Positions 15,672 through 25,400 of a stretch of DNA of 30,086 bases are shown piece after piece. The notes beneath the pieces are model-generated. The model ran no database searches, was not told the DNA's origin, and worked only from the letters and a program-made list of their open reading frames with translations. The stretch comes from Thermoproteota archaeon (GTDB lineage: Archaea > Thermoproteota > Thermoprotei > Thermofilales > B9-G17). A program made the position numbers and the translations under genes. How positions within the stretch are numbered: the stretch's first letter is position 1; each line of letters opens with the position of its first letter. The stretch lies in NCBI GenBank assembly GCA_029258885.1, contig JAPDJW010000026.1, positions 1-30,086 on the forward strand, given 5' to 3'.

Positions 15672-16715
15672 TTGGGGATTTATTTGGAGAGTGAAAATAA
15701 ACTGAGGGAGATGTATGATCGGCTCATAGACTACTACTCTGTAATTACCATTGAACCTAAGGCTACTGTGGATAGGATGATAAGCTTAAAAATGAGGGAG
15801 GGTTTAACGAGGGAGGAAGCTATATGTAAGTTATATAGCGAGATCTTCCCCTACAGACACGTGGGGCTCAAAACGCCCCTCAAACGGGATCTGGAGGAGG
15901 CATTAAGAAGTCTTAGGGCTGAAAGTTATGAAGCTGGCACATCTGTAGGATTAGCCATAGTATCTATGCTTATCTTAATGTTTTTCATGTTAGCTCCTCC
16001 TTTTGCTGCAATAATTTCCCTCGTCCTTTTCCCTATACTGTTCTTTGCGATTGCCTACTCCTCCTCTAGAAGGACGTTTTGGAGCTTTAGTGAGGACATA
16101 ATTGTGGAGGGTGCTGGCAACTATCTAAGTGAGATAATCAAGGAGACTCCTAACGTCTTCCAGAAGCTAACGCTACAAAACATATCCTATGAAGTCAGTG
16201 AAAACGTCCTAAACATAAAGCTAAACTTGGAGAAAACGATTGTTGAGCGAAGCAGAAGCTTTAGTGGAGGCGATGACGGATTTACCGTAACGGTAGGATC
16301 AACTACGGCTACCAAGCTCGTAGATCTCGGATACTTCAATATAAAGGCTGAGTTTACGAGGAGGAATGGAGATTTAGTGGTGAAAGCAAGATACGAGGGC
16401 AATCCTCCTCCAGCCTATGGAAGCCTAGCGGCTGAAGCCTATGAGAAAACGATAGTAGCCTTCAGGACGGCTGTAAGGGAAAGCTATGAGAAACTAAAGC
16501 CTAGAAAAATTGTGGCAATAGATTTCGTTAAGCTAGCTGAGCTCATATCGTCGTCGGGAATAGTTCTAAAGGCTGTAAAGTGTCCCAACTGCGGAGCAAA
16601 TATAGATCTCCCAGAGAAAGGGGATACAGTTAAATGCCCATACTGCGGCGCAGTAGTTAGAGCAATTGATGTATATAAAATGATTAAGGATCTGATGAAA
16701 GAGATAAAGCTTTAA
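15672..16715 (+). CDS. Membrane protein (two TM) with a C-terminal zinc ribbon
   Basis: TM pair VGLAIVSMLILMFFML/FAAIISLVLFPILFFAIAY; C-terminal CPNCG...CPYCG. TTG start. Confidence 0.8.
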   Translation: MGIYLESENKLREMYDRLIDYYSVITIEPKATVDRMISLKMREGLTREEAICKLYSEIFPYRHVGLKTPLKRDLEEALRSLRAESYEAGTSVGLAIVSMLILMFFMLAPPFAAIISLVLFPILFFAIAYSSSRRTFWSFSEDIIVEGAGNYLSEIIKETPNVFQKLTLQNISYEVSENVLNIKLNLEKTIVERSRSFSGGDDGFTVTVGSTTATKLVDLGYFNIKAEFTRRNGDLVVKARYEGNPPPAYGSLAAEAYEKTIVAFRTAVRESYEKLKPRKIVAIDFVKLAELISSSGIVLKAVKCPNCGANIDLPEKGDTVKCPYCGAVVRAIDVYKMIKDLMKEIKL

Positions 16716-16940
16716 CACTGCTAGCAATGAACCTGCTTCAATAGTAGATTTAAGCTAAGCTCACATATGTTAGGCTCATTCTCGCTCAATGTAGATGAAG
16801 AATAAAACATGTACTAAGCATAGGATAGCAATTAACTAGATACATTAGATTATCAAATGGTGCTAATACAGGGCCATAAGACAACTACAGATAAACCTAT
16901 CACCCATATACATTCATACTAAGGATAAGGGAACTGAATG

Positions 16941-18074
16941 TTATCCTAGGTTAACTTTTATTCTCACTGTTCCGCCTGCTTTAACCTCAATCTCAATTAT
17001 CTTGAAGATGCTTTGATAATATATTTTCAGTAAATATCTGCCCTCAGCTACCGTAAAGGAGAAAAGTCCCGTGGCATTTGTCTTCAATTCCAGCAATGGC
17101 CTATCCTCGTTTCCGGGATAATAGACCTCCACGTTCACGCCGTAGGTTGGCTTGTCTCCCACGAGAACTTCACCAATCACGGTACCGTAGTCCGGTACGT
17201 AGCTCGGCGTAACGTCTATCCATCCTCTAATAGGATTATAGGCCTTAACTATGTGAAAAGGGAAGCCCCATTTCTCCATATAGTAGCTGGAGCAGTTGAA
17301 GCATCCAACTGTTGGATCAACGTGTATCCAGCCGCATCCCTCGATATAGACCTCGGACCATGCATGGGTCATCCTGCTAATGCTGTTGTCCCTAACGAGC
17401 CTAGCTGGTATCCCTATCGACCTACACATGGCCACATAGAGTATGGAGAAGTTTGTGCAGGTGCCCCTTCTGAGTTCAATTAAAACCTTAGGCGAGCGCC
17501 TATGCCAGTAAGCTATATCGTAGGTCATGTAATTGTGAACATAGAGGCAGAGATACTTGGCTGTATCAAGTGCATTACTCATATTACAGATAAGCCTATA
17601 TGTGAATATGTAGACCATGTATCTCCAGTCCAGGATGGGTTCCTCGCCTGAAATAGGAAGAGGCTTAACGTACTCCTCGATTAATGGTTGTGATGAGGGC
17701 TTAAAGGGGACGATACCCTTCTTATAGAGGATGATGGCCTCCTTAACGTACTTCCACTCGCTAACGTTAATCAGCATAAGAACAGTTACAGTATCAACAT
17801 AGTATCTGGGCGGTGCTATATTGAGAATTTCAGCCGCCTCCCCCCAGTACTCCTCGGGGGTGTAAAGCAGGAGAGATGATAGCGGTTCTCTGGCACACGC
17901 ATTAACACTGCCTAAGATTGAATATATCTTGCTCCATAGGAGCGGAGATTTGCTTAAGAACAGTAGATGAATTTTAAAGGAATAGACGTTGAGGGGGATA
18001 ATGTAGGTTAATGGTGATAAGAGGTAGATTAACGTTAACATGAAAGCTATCAGAATCATACGTTTACGAGCCAT
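16941..18074 (-). CDS. Exported transglutaminase-like protein (Cys-His-Asp) with a C-terminal beta-sandwich
   Basis: Signal or TM N-terminus; RRGTCTNFS; THAWSEVY; WIHVDPT; C-terminal KTNATGLFSFTVAEGRYLLKI. Confidence 0.85.
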   Translation of the reverse strand: MARKRMILIAFMLTLIYLLSPLTYIIPLNVYSFKIHLLFLSKSPLLWSKIYSILGSVNACAREPLSSLLLYTPEEYWGEAAEILNIAPPRYYVDTVTVLMLINVSEWKYVKEAIILYKKGIVPFKPSSQPLIEEYVKPLPISGEEPILDWRYMVYIFTYRLICNMSNALDTAKYLCLYVHNYMTYDIAYWHRRSPKVLIELRRGTCTNFSILYVAMCRSIGIPARLVRDNSISRMTHAWSEVYIEGCGWIHVDPTVGCFNCSSYYMEKWGFPFHIVKAYNPIRGWIDVTPSYVPDYGTVIGEVLVGDKPTYGVNVEVYYPGNEDRPLLELKTNATGLFSFTVAEGRYLLKIYYQSIFKIIEIEVKAGGTVRIKVNLG

Positions 18075-18204
18075 GCATACCTAATTACGGTTAGGATAGA
18101 TAAGATTAACCGGATAAGCAGAGTATTCCTGGCATTTGTTCGTCAATCTTCCTCTGAGAAGACAAACTTTTATATCTCCTATGCGCCTGCTATATAGGGT
18201 GGAT

Positions 18205-18540
18205 ATGAGCAATAGGGTTGTTTGGGAGCTACTTAATAGCTTAATTCTGAATTCGCTCGATAGGCTTGGATACGTTGAAGAGACCTACAGCGTCGAGAGG
18301 ATGGGTGAGGAGCACCCACTAGTTATATACCTAGAGGAGAGGCTTAATAGGTTCTTCACGCCTAGTGGTGGGCTTTCCTGTCCTGAACTTGAGGAGAGAA
18401 TTAAGGATATGTTATCCAGGGATCCTGAGGGTATGAGGAAGCTTGTCGACTCCTATGTTAGATCCTATTATTCAGGTAGACGCAGGAGAGAGCCCGGCTA
18501 CAGGATAAGTGGCCGGGTTGTGGATGTGCTTAGTTTCTAA
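18205..18540 (+). CDS. Hypothetical helical protein (111 aa)
   Basis: Open frame, with ATG 18205 preferred over TTG 18136. Co-oriented with the AEP gene, 36 nt upstream of it. Confidence 0.65.
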   Translation: MSNRVVWELLNSLILNSLDRLGYVEETYSVERMGEEHPLVIYLEERLNRFFTPSGGLSCPELEERIKDMLSRDPEGMRKLVDSYVRSYYSGRRRREPGYRISGRVVDVLSF

Positions 18541-18576
18541 ATGTTACTTTAAAATCCTGCTTTAGCGATATATAAC

Positions 18577-19995
18577 GTGAGGATAATTATGGATCTCGCT
18601 AGGAAACATTACAGCAGAAGCGATGTTAAGAAGGAGATCTATGAGTATTCTACTGGTAGGTGGATTGCTGCTGAGAGTAAGCCTGCTGGGGATAGGAGGA
18701 TATTCTTCAGGTACTGGAGGAGTGGTGAGCCTATCGTTTTCAGAAGAATGGAGGACGTTGAAAGGCTCTTTAGGGAGTATGGCTGGGGTAGGATTAGGAC
18801 TATATACGCTACCGCTAACGTCTATAGGAGTATTAGTGCTACTGAGAAGTTTGAGGATCCAAGTAATATAGCTTACACCTCTCCTATCTGGGATATTGAT
18901 GGAAGCATAGAGCATTGGAGGGAGATACTCGTAGTCGCTAGGGCTATCGTGGACTTCCTTGATAGAAACGGGATATCTAAATCCGTGTACTTATTGTGGA
19001 GCGGTGAAGGCGTTCACGTCCATATACACGAGAAGGCCTTTTCTCCCGAAGTTTTAGGCAGATATAATCCGCTGGATATAGCCTACTCTATAGTTGAGTA
19101 CACCATTAAGAGCCTTAAGGATGAGCTTAAGAAGCTAAGCAAAGACTTCAGGTCTGAGGTTAAGGTTGAGAATGTCATGGATATTAAGAGGGTGTTTACA
19201 GTTCCGCTAAGCATACACAGGAGGCTGGATTTATGTACTATATGTTTTAAGCCTGATGAACTCGATAGCTTCGATATTAGCTGGGCTAACCCAGAGAAGT
19301 TCAGACACAACACTAACTGGAGGCTTTACGTTGAGGGAGAGGGAGATGAGCTAGCGATTAAAGCCCTCTCTGAGGTCAAGGGATATCCGGGCTGGACAAG
19401 GGCGGATAAAATTAGGAGTTCTATAAAGCTTAAGGAGGAGAAAAGAGGAAAGGCTGGCGAAAGGAAGGAGGGGGGTAAGATAGGCAGATACTATGTTATG
19501 GCTCTCCTTCAAGCCGCCAGATACTTTACCCTCACGGGGGATTTAGATAAGGCTAAATCCTTCGGATTAAACAGGGCTATATTCTATGCATGGGCTAAAC
19601 ACTACGGCAAGGGCTATACTCCTAAAACCGTTATTAGAAGACGTGCTCCATCCGGTAGAGTTGAGGCTAAGGAGGGTAAGTATAAGTTTACCGTTGCATG
19701 CGGCGAGCAGGTTCCCGTCTCGGATAGAGGATGGTTCATTATGGGCGGTAAGGAGCAGATGCCTGACGAATACGATAGGATCATCGCTGGTAAGATCGAT
19801 AAAGTTGTACCCTACAATAAAGCCTGGAAGGCTGCTTTAGAGTACGTTAAAAGCTTTCCAGCAACCATTCTAAGCAATCCACAGAGGTTTTATGAGGAGG
19901 TCTATAAGCCTGTGCGTGACACATTCTATAGGGATGTTATACAACGTAAGGAAAAGACTAAGAAGGTTAGGACTTTAGAGGACTTTTTCTCGTAG
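18577..19995 (+). CDS. Archaeo-eukaryotic primase (PriS-like) domain fused to an uncharacterised C-terminal domain, ending in a PIP-box-like motif
   Basis: PIWDIDG (DxD); YLLWSGEGVHVH; ENVMDIKRVFTVPLSIH; C-terminal domain GRYYVMALLQAAR...FGLNRAIFYAWAK; terminal VRTLEDFFS*. Confidence 0.8.
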   Translation: MRIIMDLARKHYSRSDVKKEIYEYSTGRWIAAESKPAGDRRIFFRYWRSGEPIVFRRMEDVERLFREYGWGRIRTIYATANVYRSISATEKFEDPSNIAYTSPIWDIDGSIEHWREILVVARAIVDFLDRNGISKSVYLLWSGEGVHVHIHEKAFSPEVLGRYNPLDIAYSIVEYTIKSLKDELKKLSKDFRSEVKVENVMDIKRVFTVPLSIHRRLDLCTICFKPDELDSFDISWANPEKFRHNTNWRLYVEGEGDELAIKALSEVKGYPGWTRADKIRSSIKLKEEKRGKAGERKEGGKIGRYYVMALLQAARYFTLTGDLDKAKSFGLNRAIFYAWAKHYGKGYTPKTVIRRRAPSGRVEAKEGKYKFTVACGEQVPVSDRGWFIMGGKEQMPDEYDRIIAGKIDKVVPYNKAWKAALEYVKSFPATILSNPQRFYEEVYKPVRDTFYRDVIQRKEKTKKVRTLEDFFS

Positions 19996-20373
19996 CTTTT
20001 CAGGCCAATATTTTTCATCTATTCCGGATTTAAGAAGCATATATCTGATTATATCTTTAATAGCCGGAATACATGCCTTTATTTCCTCACTTGACATTAG
20101 GTCGAAGTAGAAGTTTAGAAAGAGAGCTTTAACTATAACCAGCTTCTGTAGCATATCCTTATCGCCCCTAATCTTCTCCAGTGCTACACCCATTATATTG
20201 CTGTGACTTTTAACGAACTCCTCGTCTTCACCCACTATTAGGGTAACCGAGACTGCAAAGGCGTCGTAGAGACTCTTGCAGGCATATGGCCTTAATCCCT
20301 CGTTCAGGAAAATTTCTGCCTGGTTTAGGTATTCTCCTATTCTCTCGCAGAGCTTAACCGCTGCATCTGACAT
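19975..20373 (-). CDS. PaREP1/HEPN-like helical protein (divergent)
   Basis: YLNQAEIFLNEGLRPYACKSLYDAFAVSV...KALFLNFY...EEIKACIPAIKDII. Start uncertain (20382, 20379 or 20373). Confidence 0.55.
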   Translation of the reverse strand: MSDAAVKLCERIGEYLNQAEIFLNEGLRPYACKSLYDAFAVSVTLIVGEDEEFVKSHSNIMGVALEKIRGDKDMLQKLVIVKALFLNFYFDLMSSEEIKACIPAIKDIIRYMLLKSGIDEKYWPEKLREKVL

Positions 20374-20467
20374 TTTCATCAACAGCCTTAAATTATGAGC
20401 TACATCTATTTAAAGCTAGACTTTTATAAGCAATAGCGTTATTATTAACCTACACCTATTTTACATC

Positions 20468-22387
20468 ATGATAGGTAAAGTTGTCGGCAGGAAAGTTCCT
20501 AGGTTTAAGCATAGGTGGTTCGGAGTTCTCGACGTTGATGTTGACGGTGAAATCTATAGGCTATACATGACCGGTACTATTGCACAGTGGTTCACCACCG
20601 GTGAGCTTGTTGAAGTCGATATAAAGGGTAAGCCCAGAAGCGAGAACGAAGTAAAGATTGTTGATTTCGACGACTACAGCCTATCCAGAATATTCATGGG
20701 CGAGAGGATTCCTGTCTGGCCGCCGTGGAGAAGGGAAGTCGATGTTCCCAGGTATAGCCCACTTACGGGAAGGGTTATCTACGAGTATTCAATAGTTGCT
20801 CGCGAGGCAATGTATGAGAGAGATTTTGAGGCTGTGGCTGAGCTGGAGCAGTACCATTATGCATCCGATAAGCTTCTAATAGCTGTGTGGAGGTGCGAGA
20901 AGTGTGGTGAATTCATTAAGGCTAACACTAGGCCCGTGTGTAGCAGGTGTAAGACGGATGAAACCGTACATATATACGAAATTAGGGGGTCAAATCCGGC
21001 TTCGAGATTTATTCTTCTCGAATTGAAGAAGCGTCAGCCGTATGAGCCTAAAGTCGTGGGATACGTTAGGGTTGATGCGCCCGTCCCTATGATGCATAGG
21101 AGGCTTCCTGATGGTAGGATAGTCCGGAATATTAGGGAGAAGGTCTTTCCGGGAGATTGGTTCCATCCATCATTCTCTCCAGAGCTCGAGTTTAGGGAGA
21201 AGTACATCGAGCTTAGGGAGAAATACGGTAAAGCGCTGGCTCTATCCAAGATGTGGGAGGAGGCTAAGTGGAGAGCCTTGGAGAGGGCTAATACTGCGGC
21301 GGCTAGGATAGCTAGGGTCGTTATTCATCCCGATTACAGGAGTGATGGACTTGGAATACTAGCCGTAAAGCTGGCTTCGGAGTGGATTAGAGATAGGAGA
21401 ATACCTGAGATGAGGAGAAGTAAGCATCTAGTTGAGACCGTAGCTATGATGGCTAGGTATAATCCATTCTTTGAGAAGGCTGGATTCAAGTATCTATGGG
21501 ATACCGCATCGGGTAGACCCGCGCTCTACTATCCGCTCACGGATGAAGCTAAGAAGTATATCGATAAGTTCCTCAACACCGATCCCGTGGCTAGGGTTCA
21601 TGGCGGTAGGCTGTGCGTATCAAGATACGGCAAGGTCGAAAAGCTCGATGGATCTATTAGGTTTGTGAACTTGAGTAAAAGGTTTGAAAACGTACTTTCA
21701 GTTAAGGGTCTCCCCCAGAAGATTAAGGAGCTACTACTTGCATTCGGAGTTAAAAGCAGGGTTATACAGAGGTTTGTATTAAGGGACGTAAATCTGGAGA
21801 TCAAGCCGGGTGAGGTCGTAGTCGTCGTTGGAGCTTCCGGAGCAGGTAAGACAACGTTCCTTAGACTTATAGTTGGTGCATCGAAGAAACTTGGTGAAGA
21901 AAAGTATAAGCCTACAAGCGGCTCGGTAATAGTTCCGGACAACGTTAAACTGGCCGCACTTATTCCCGGTGAAATAGAGCCCCAATTCGGCGATGAGCCT
22001 ATTATAGAGAACATATACAAGCGTACCCGCGACATAGGGTTGGCTGTCGAGATATTGAATAAATGCGGTCTATCGGATGCCGTGCTATATAGGGCTAGGT
22101 TCCACGAACTATCTACTGGTCAAAAGGAGAGAGCTAAGATAGCTTCACTTTTCGCTGAAAAACCGAACCTCGTGGTAATTGACGAATTTGCCGCTCACCT
22201 CGATGCATTGACTGCAATGAGGGTTGCTAGGAAGATTTCAAAGCTAGCCAGAGAAGCAGGTATAACTTTAATACTCGTTACCCACAGATCCGAGATAATA
22301 AGCTCGCTTGACCCAGATAAGCTACTATACGTTGGATACGGAACGGTAGGTGTAATGGAGTATCAACAGCAGATAGAAAGAAACTAG
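20468..22387 (+). CDS. GNAT acetyltransferase-ABC ATPase fusion (COG2401-like) with zinc ribbon
   Basis: CEKCG...CSRCK; GNAT motif A IARVVIHPDYRSDGLG; Walker A GASGAGKTT; signature LSTGQKER; Walker B VVIDE; H-loop LVTH. Confidence 0.88.
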   Translation: MIGKVVGRKVPRFKHRWFGVLDVDVDGEIYRLYMTGTIAQWFTTGELVEVDIKGKPRSENEVKIVDFDDYSLSRIFMGERIPVWPPWRREVDVPRYSPLTGRVIYEYSIVAREAMYERDFEAVAELEQYHYASDKLLIAVWRCEKCGEFIKANTRPVCSRCKTDETVHIYEIRGSNPASRFILLELKKRQPYEPKVVGYVRVDAPVPMMHRRLPDGRIVRNIREKVFPGDWFHPSFSPELEFREKYIELREKYGKALALSKMWEEAKWRALERANTAAARIARVVIHPDYRSDGLGILAVKLASEWIRDRRIPEMRRSKHLVETVAMMARYNPFFEKAGFKYLWDTASGRPALYYPLTDEAKKYIDKFLNTDPVARVHGGRLCVSRYGKVEKLDGSIRFVNLSKRFENVLSVKGLPQKIKELLLAFGVKSRVIQRFVLRDVNLEIKPGEVVVVVGASGAGKTTFLRLIVGASKKLGEEKYKPTSGSVIVPDNVKLAALIPGEIEPQFGDEPIIENIYKRTRDIGLAVEILNKCGLSDAVLYRARFHELSTGQKERAKIASLFAEKPNLVVIDEFAAHLDALTAMRVARKISKLAREAGITLILVTHRSEIISSLDPDKLLYVGYGTVGVMEYQQQIERN

Positions 22388-22410
22388 GGATATTACACAA
22401 AACCTAGCGT

Positions 22411-25400
22411 TTAGAGTTTCTTAACCGCTATATCCGCTTCTATATCCTCTATCCTCCACTTTTTAACGTAGTATTCTTCGTCTACCTCAAGCTTATCTAC
22501 GTAGTCCAGCTCCTTAGCTCTTGTCTCGTACATTATGTAGTCGTTGAACTCCTTAAGCAGCTTCATCTCCTCGGGGCCTATAGCTATCTTAACGCTTATG
22601 TATGCGTCCACTGGTAGATCCATCTCCTTCCTCATGTACTGTATTCTCCTCACTATGTCCCTAGCTAATCCCTCAGCTCTCTCCCTAGCTGATATTACGG
22701 TATTGAGGACTACTACGCCGTAGCTGAACTCCTCTAGGCTCCACTCTTCCTTAACCTCTTTAACTACCTTAACGTAGTCCTTTTCAACCGCTACCTTCTC
22801 GCCCTCGACCTCAACCTCTAGGGCTCCCTCCCCAAGTAGCCGTGAAACATCCTCCTGGCTTAAATTCCTTATAGCCTCAGCCACCACGGCAGCCTTGCCC
22901 CTGAACGCTGGTCCAAGCCTCGACATTACTGGCTCCACCTTAACTAGGAAGTATTTTTCAAGCTCGCTCCTAGGCTCCACTCTAACGCTCTTAACGTTTA
23001 CAACATCGGATATCACGTGTCCGAGAGCCCTAACAGCTGCAGCTACAGTCGGTTCATCCGATACCACTATAAGCTCCCTTAACGGCTGCCTTATCTTGAT
23101 CTTAGCCTTATTCCTAGCGGCTAATCCACTCTCCACGATCTCCATAGCTATCTTCATGTTTCTCTCAAGCTCCTCGTCGACAAGCTCCGCCTCGAATTTA
23201 GGCCAATCGAGCATGTGTACGCTCTCGGGGGAGTTGGGTTCAGCGGATCTAAACATCCTCTGGTATATCTCCTCGGTTATGAAGGGGACGAAAGGCGCCG
23301 ACAACGCCAGCAGGGTCTTGAGAACCTTATATAGGGTGTAGTATGCGGTGATCTTATCCCATTCCTCCTCCTCGATCCATACCCTTCTCCTAACAAGCTT
23401 TATGTACCAGTGGCTCAGATCCTCGACTATAAACCTCCTTATGCTCCTAGCGGCTTGATGGACTAGGTACTTCTCCATGCTTTCTGTAACCTCCTTAACT
23501 AGCTTCTGTAGCCTGGAGAGGATCCATCTATCCTCAGGCTTAAGCCTAGCCTTAACCTCGACCTCGTCGTACCTGACTGGGGTATATTTATCTAGGCTCA
23601 TGTAGGTCGATGCGAATACGTAGACGTTCCACATTACGTTAAGGTCCGCTAGCACCATCTTGATCTTATCCCAGGAAAACCTTAGATCCTCCCACACTAT
23701 GTTGCTGAGCACATACAGCCTTAGTGGGTCTCTACCGTACCTGCTTATAGCCTCTGGTCCAGATACGAAGTTTCCGAGAGATTTATGCATCTCCATTCCT
23801 TTCTCGTCGAGAGCAAAGCCGTGCATCAACACGTTCTTGAAGGGTGGCTCGCCGAAGCCTACAATACCTGCCTTAAACAGCTTATCGAACCATCCTGAAA
23901 TCTGATCGTGTCCTTCGACTATGAAGTCTACTGGCCACCACTTCTTAAATTCCTCCATGTTCTTCGGGAATCCAAGGGAGGCGAAGAAGGATACTCCCGA
24001 ATCATACCATACGTCGGTTACGTCCGGTATCCTCCTCATTGTTCCACCGCACTCCCTGCATTTGAATGTGATTTTATCTATCCATGGCTTGTGGAGGTCG
24101 GCTATATCCTCCTTAAGCCCGCTCCTCTCCTTGAGTTCATCTAGGCTTCCTATAACCTCGATACTACCGCACTTCTCGCATATCCATATTGGAACTGGTA
24201 TGCCCCAGTATCTCTGCCTAGTTACGACCCAGTCCTTAAGCCCGAGAAGCCAGTTCTTAAACCTATGAGTTCCAGCCCATTTTGGAATCCAGTTTATTTT
24301 CTCAGCTTCCTTCAGCAGCTTATCCTTTATTTTGGTGAGCTTTATGAACCACTGCTCGGTAGCTCTAAAGATTAATGGGGTCTTACACCTCCAGCACACT
24401 GGATACTTGTGTACAATGGTTGTGGCGTAGAGCAGCAGCCCCTTCCTCCTGAGGTCCTCAACTATCACAGGGTTTGCGTCCCTAACGTACATTCCAGCGT
24501 ATTTACCTGCATCCTCGGTGAAGCAGCCGTTGTTGTCTACAGGAGAGACTACTGGCAGATTATATATTTTTGATACTTCAAAATCCTCCTCTCCGTGTCC
24601 AGGCGCCGTGTGGACGCAGCCAGTACCCTCCTCCAAGTGGACGTATTCCCTACTCAATACGACTACATGTGCATTCTCGTTTAAAAGCTTCCTCTGTACA
24701 GTAACCTCCTCCAGCAGCGGAGGATCATATCTTAATCCTTCAAGCTTCTCTCCCTTGAATACCTCCAGCACCTCGTACTTGACGCCAAGCTGATCTAGTA
24801 CGGGCTTAACTCTAGCTAGCGCCATTATGAGTACTTCATCTCCGACCTTCACTCTAGCGTAGTCGTAGTCTGGATGCACCATCACTGCAACGTTGGCCGG
24901 CAGAGTCCAGGGGGTAGTCGTCCATATGACTATATACTCTTTATCCCTTCCTCTAACCGGAAACTTGACAAAGATCGATGGATCCTCAAGCATCTTATAC
25001 TCGGAAACCTCTATATCTGCTAGTACGGTTTCACATCTCGGGCACCAGTGCATGACCTTAACTCCTTTCTCAAGCAGACCCGTCATATAGGCCTTCTTGA
25101 AGAGCCACCATGCCGACTCTATGTACTCCTTCTTGAGGGTCATGTACGGGTTATCCCAGTCCATTGAAACTCCTAAGTCGGCGAACTGTTGGGTCATAGC
25201 CTTAACGTTCCTGTAGACAAGCTCCCTACACTTCTCTATAAACCTATCAATCCCGTACTTCTCGATATCTCTCTTAGATTTAAAGCCGAGCATCTTCTCC
25301 ACGGCAACCTCTATGGGAAGGCCGTGACAGTCGTACCCGGGCTGATCCCTAACATTGTAGCCCTGCATCCTACGGAACCTTATAACTGCATCCTTTATCG

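Noticed and set aside
16716-16940. Hydrophobic minus-strand coding fragments
   Set aside because: Multiple stops and no recognisable family, so a pseudogene call is unsupported.
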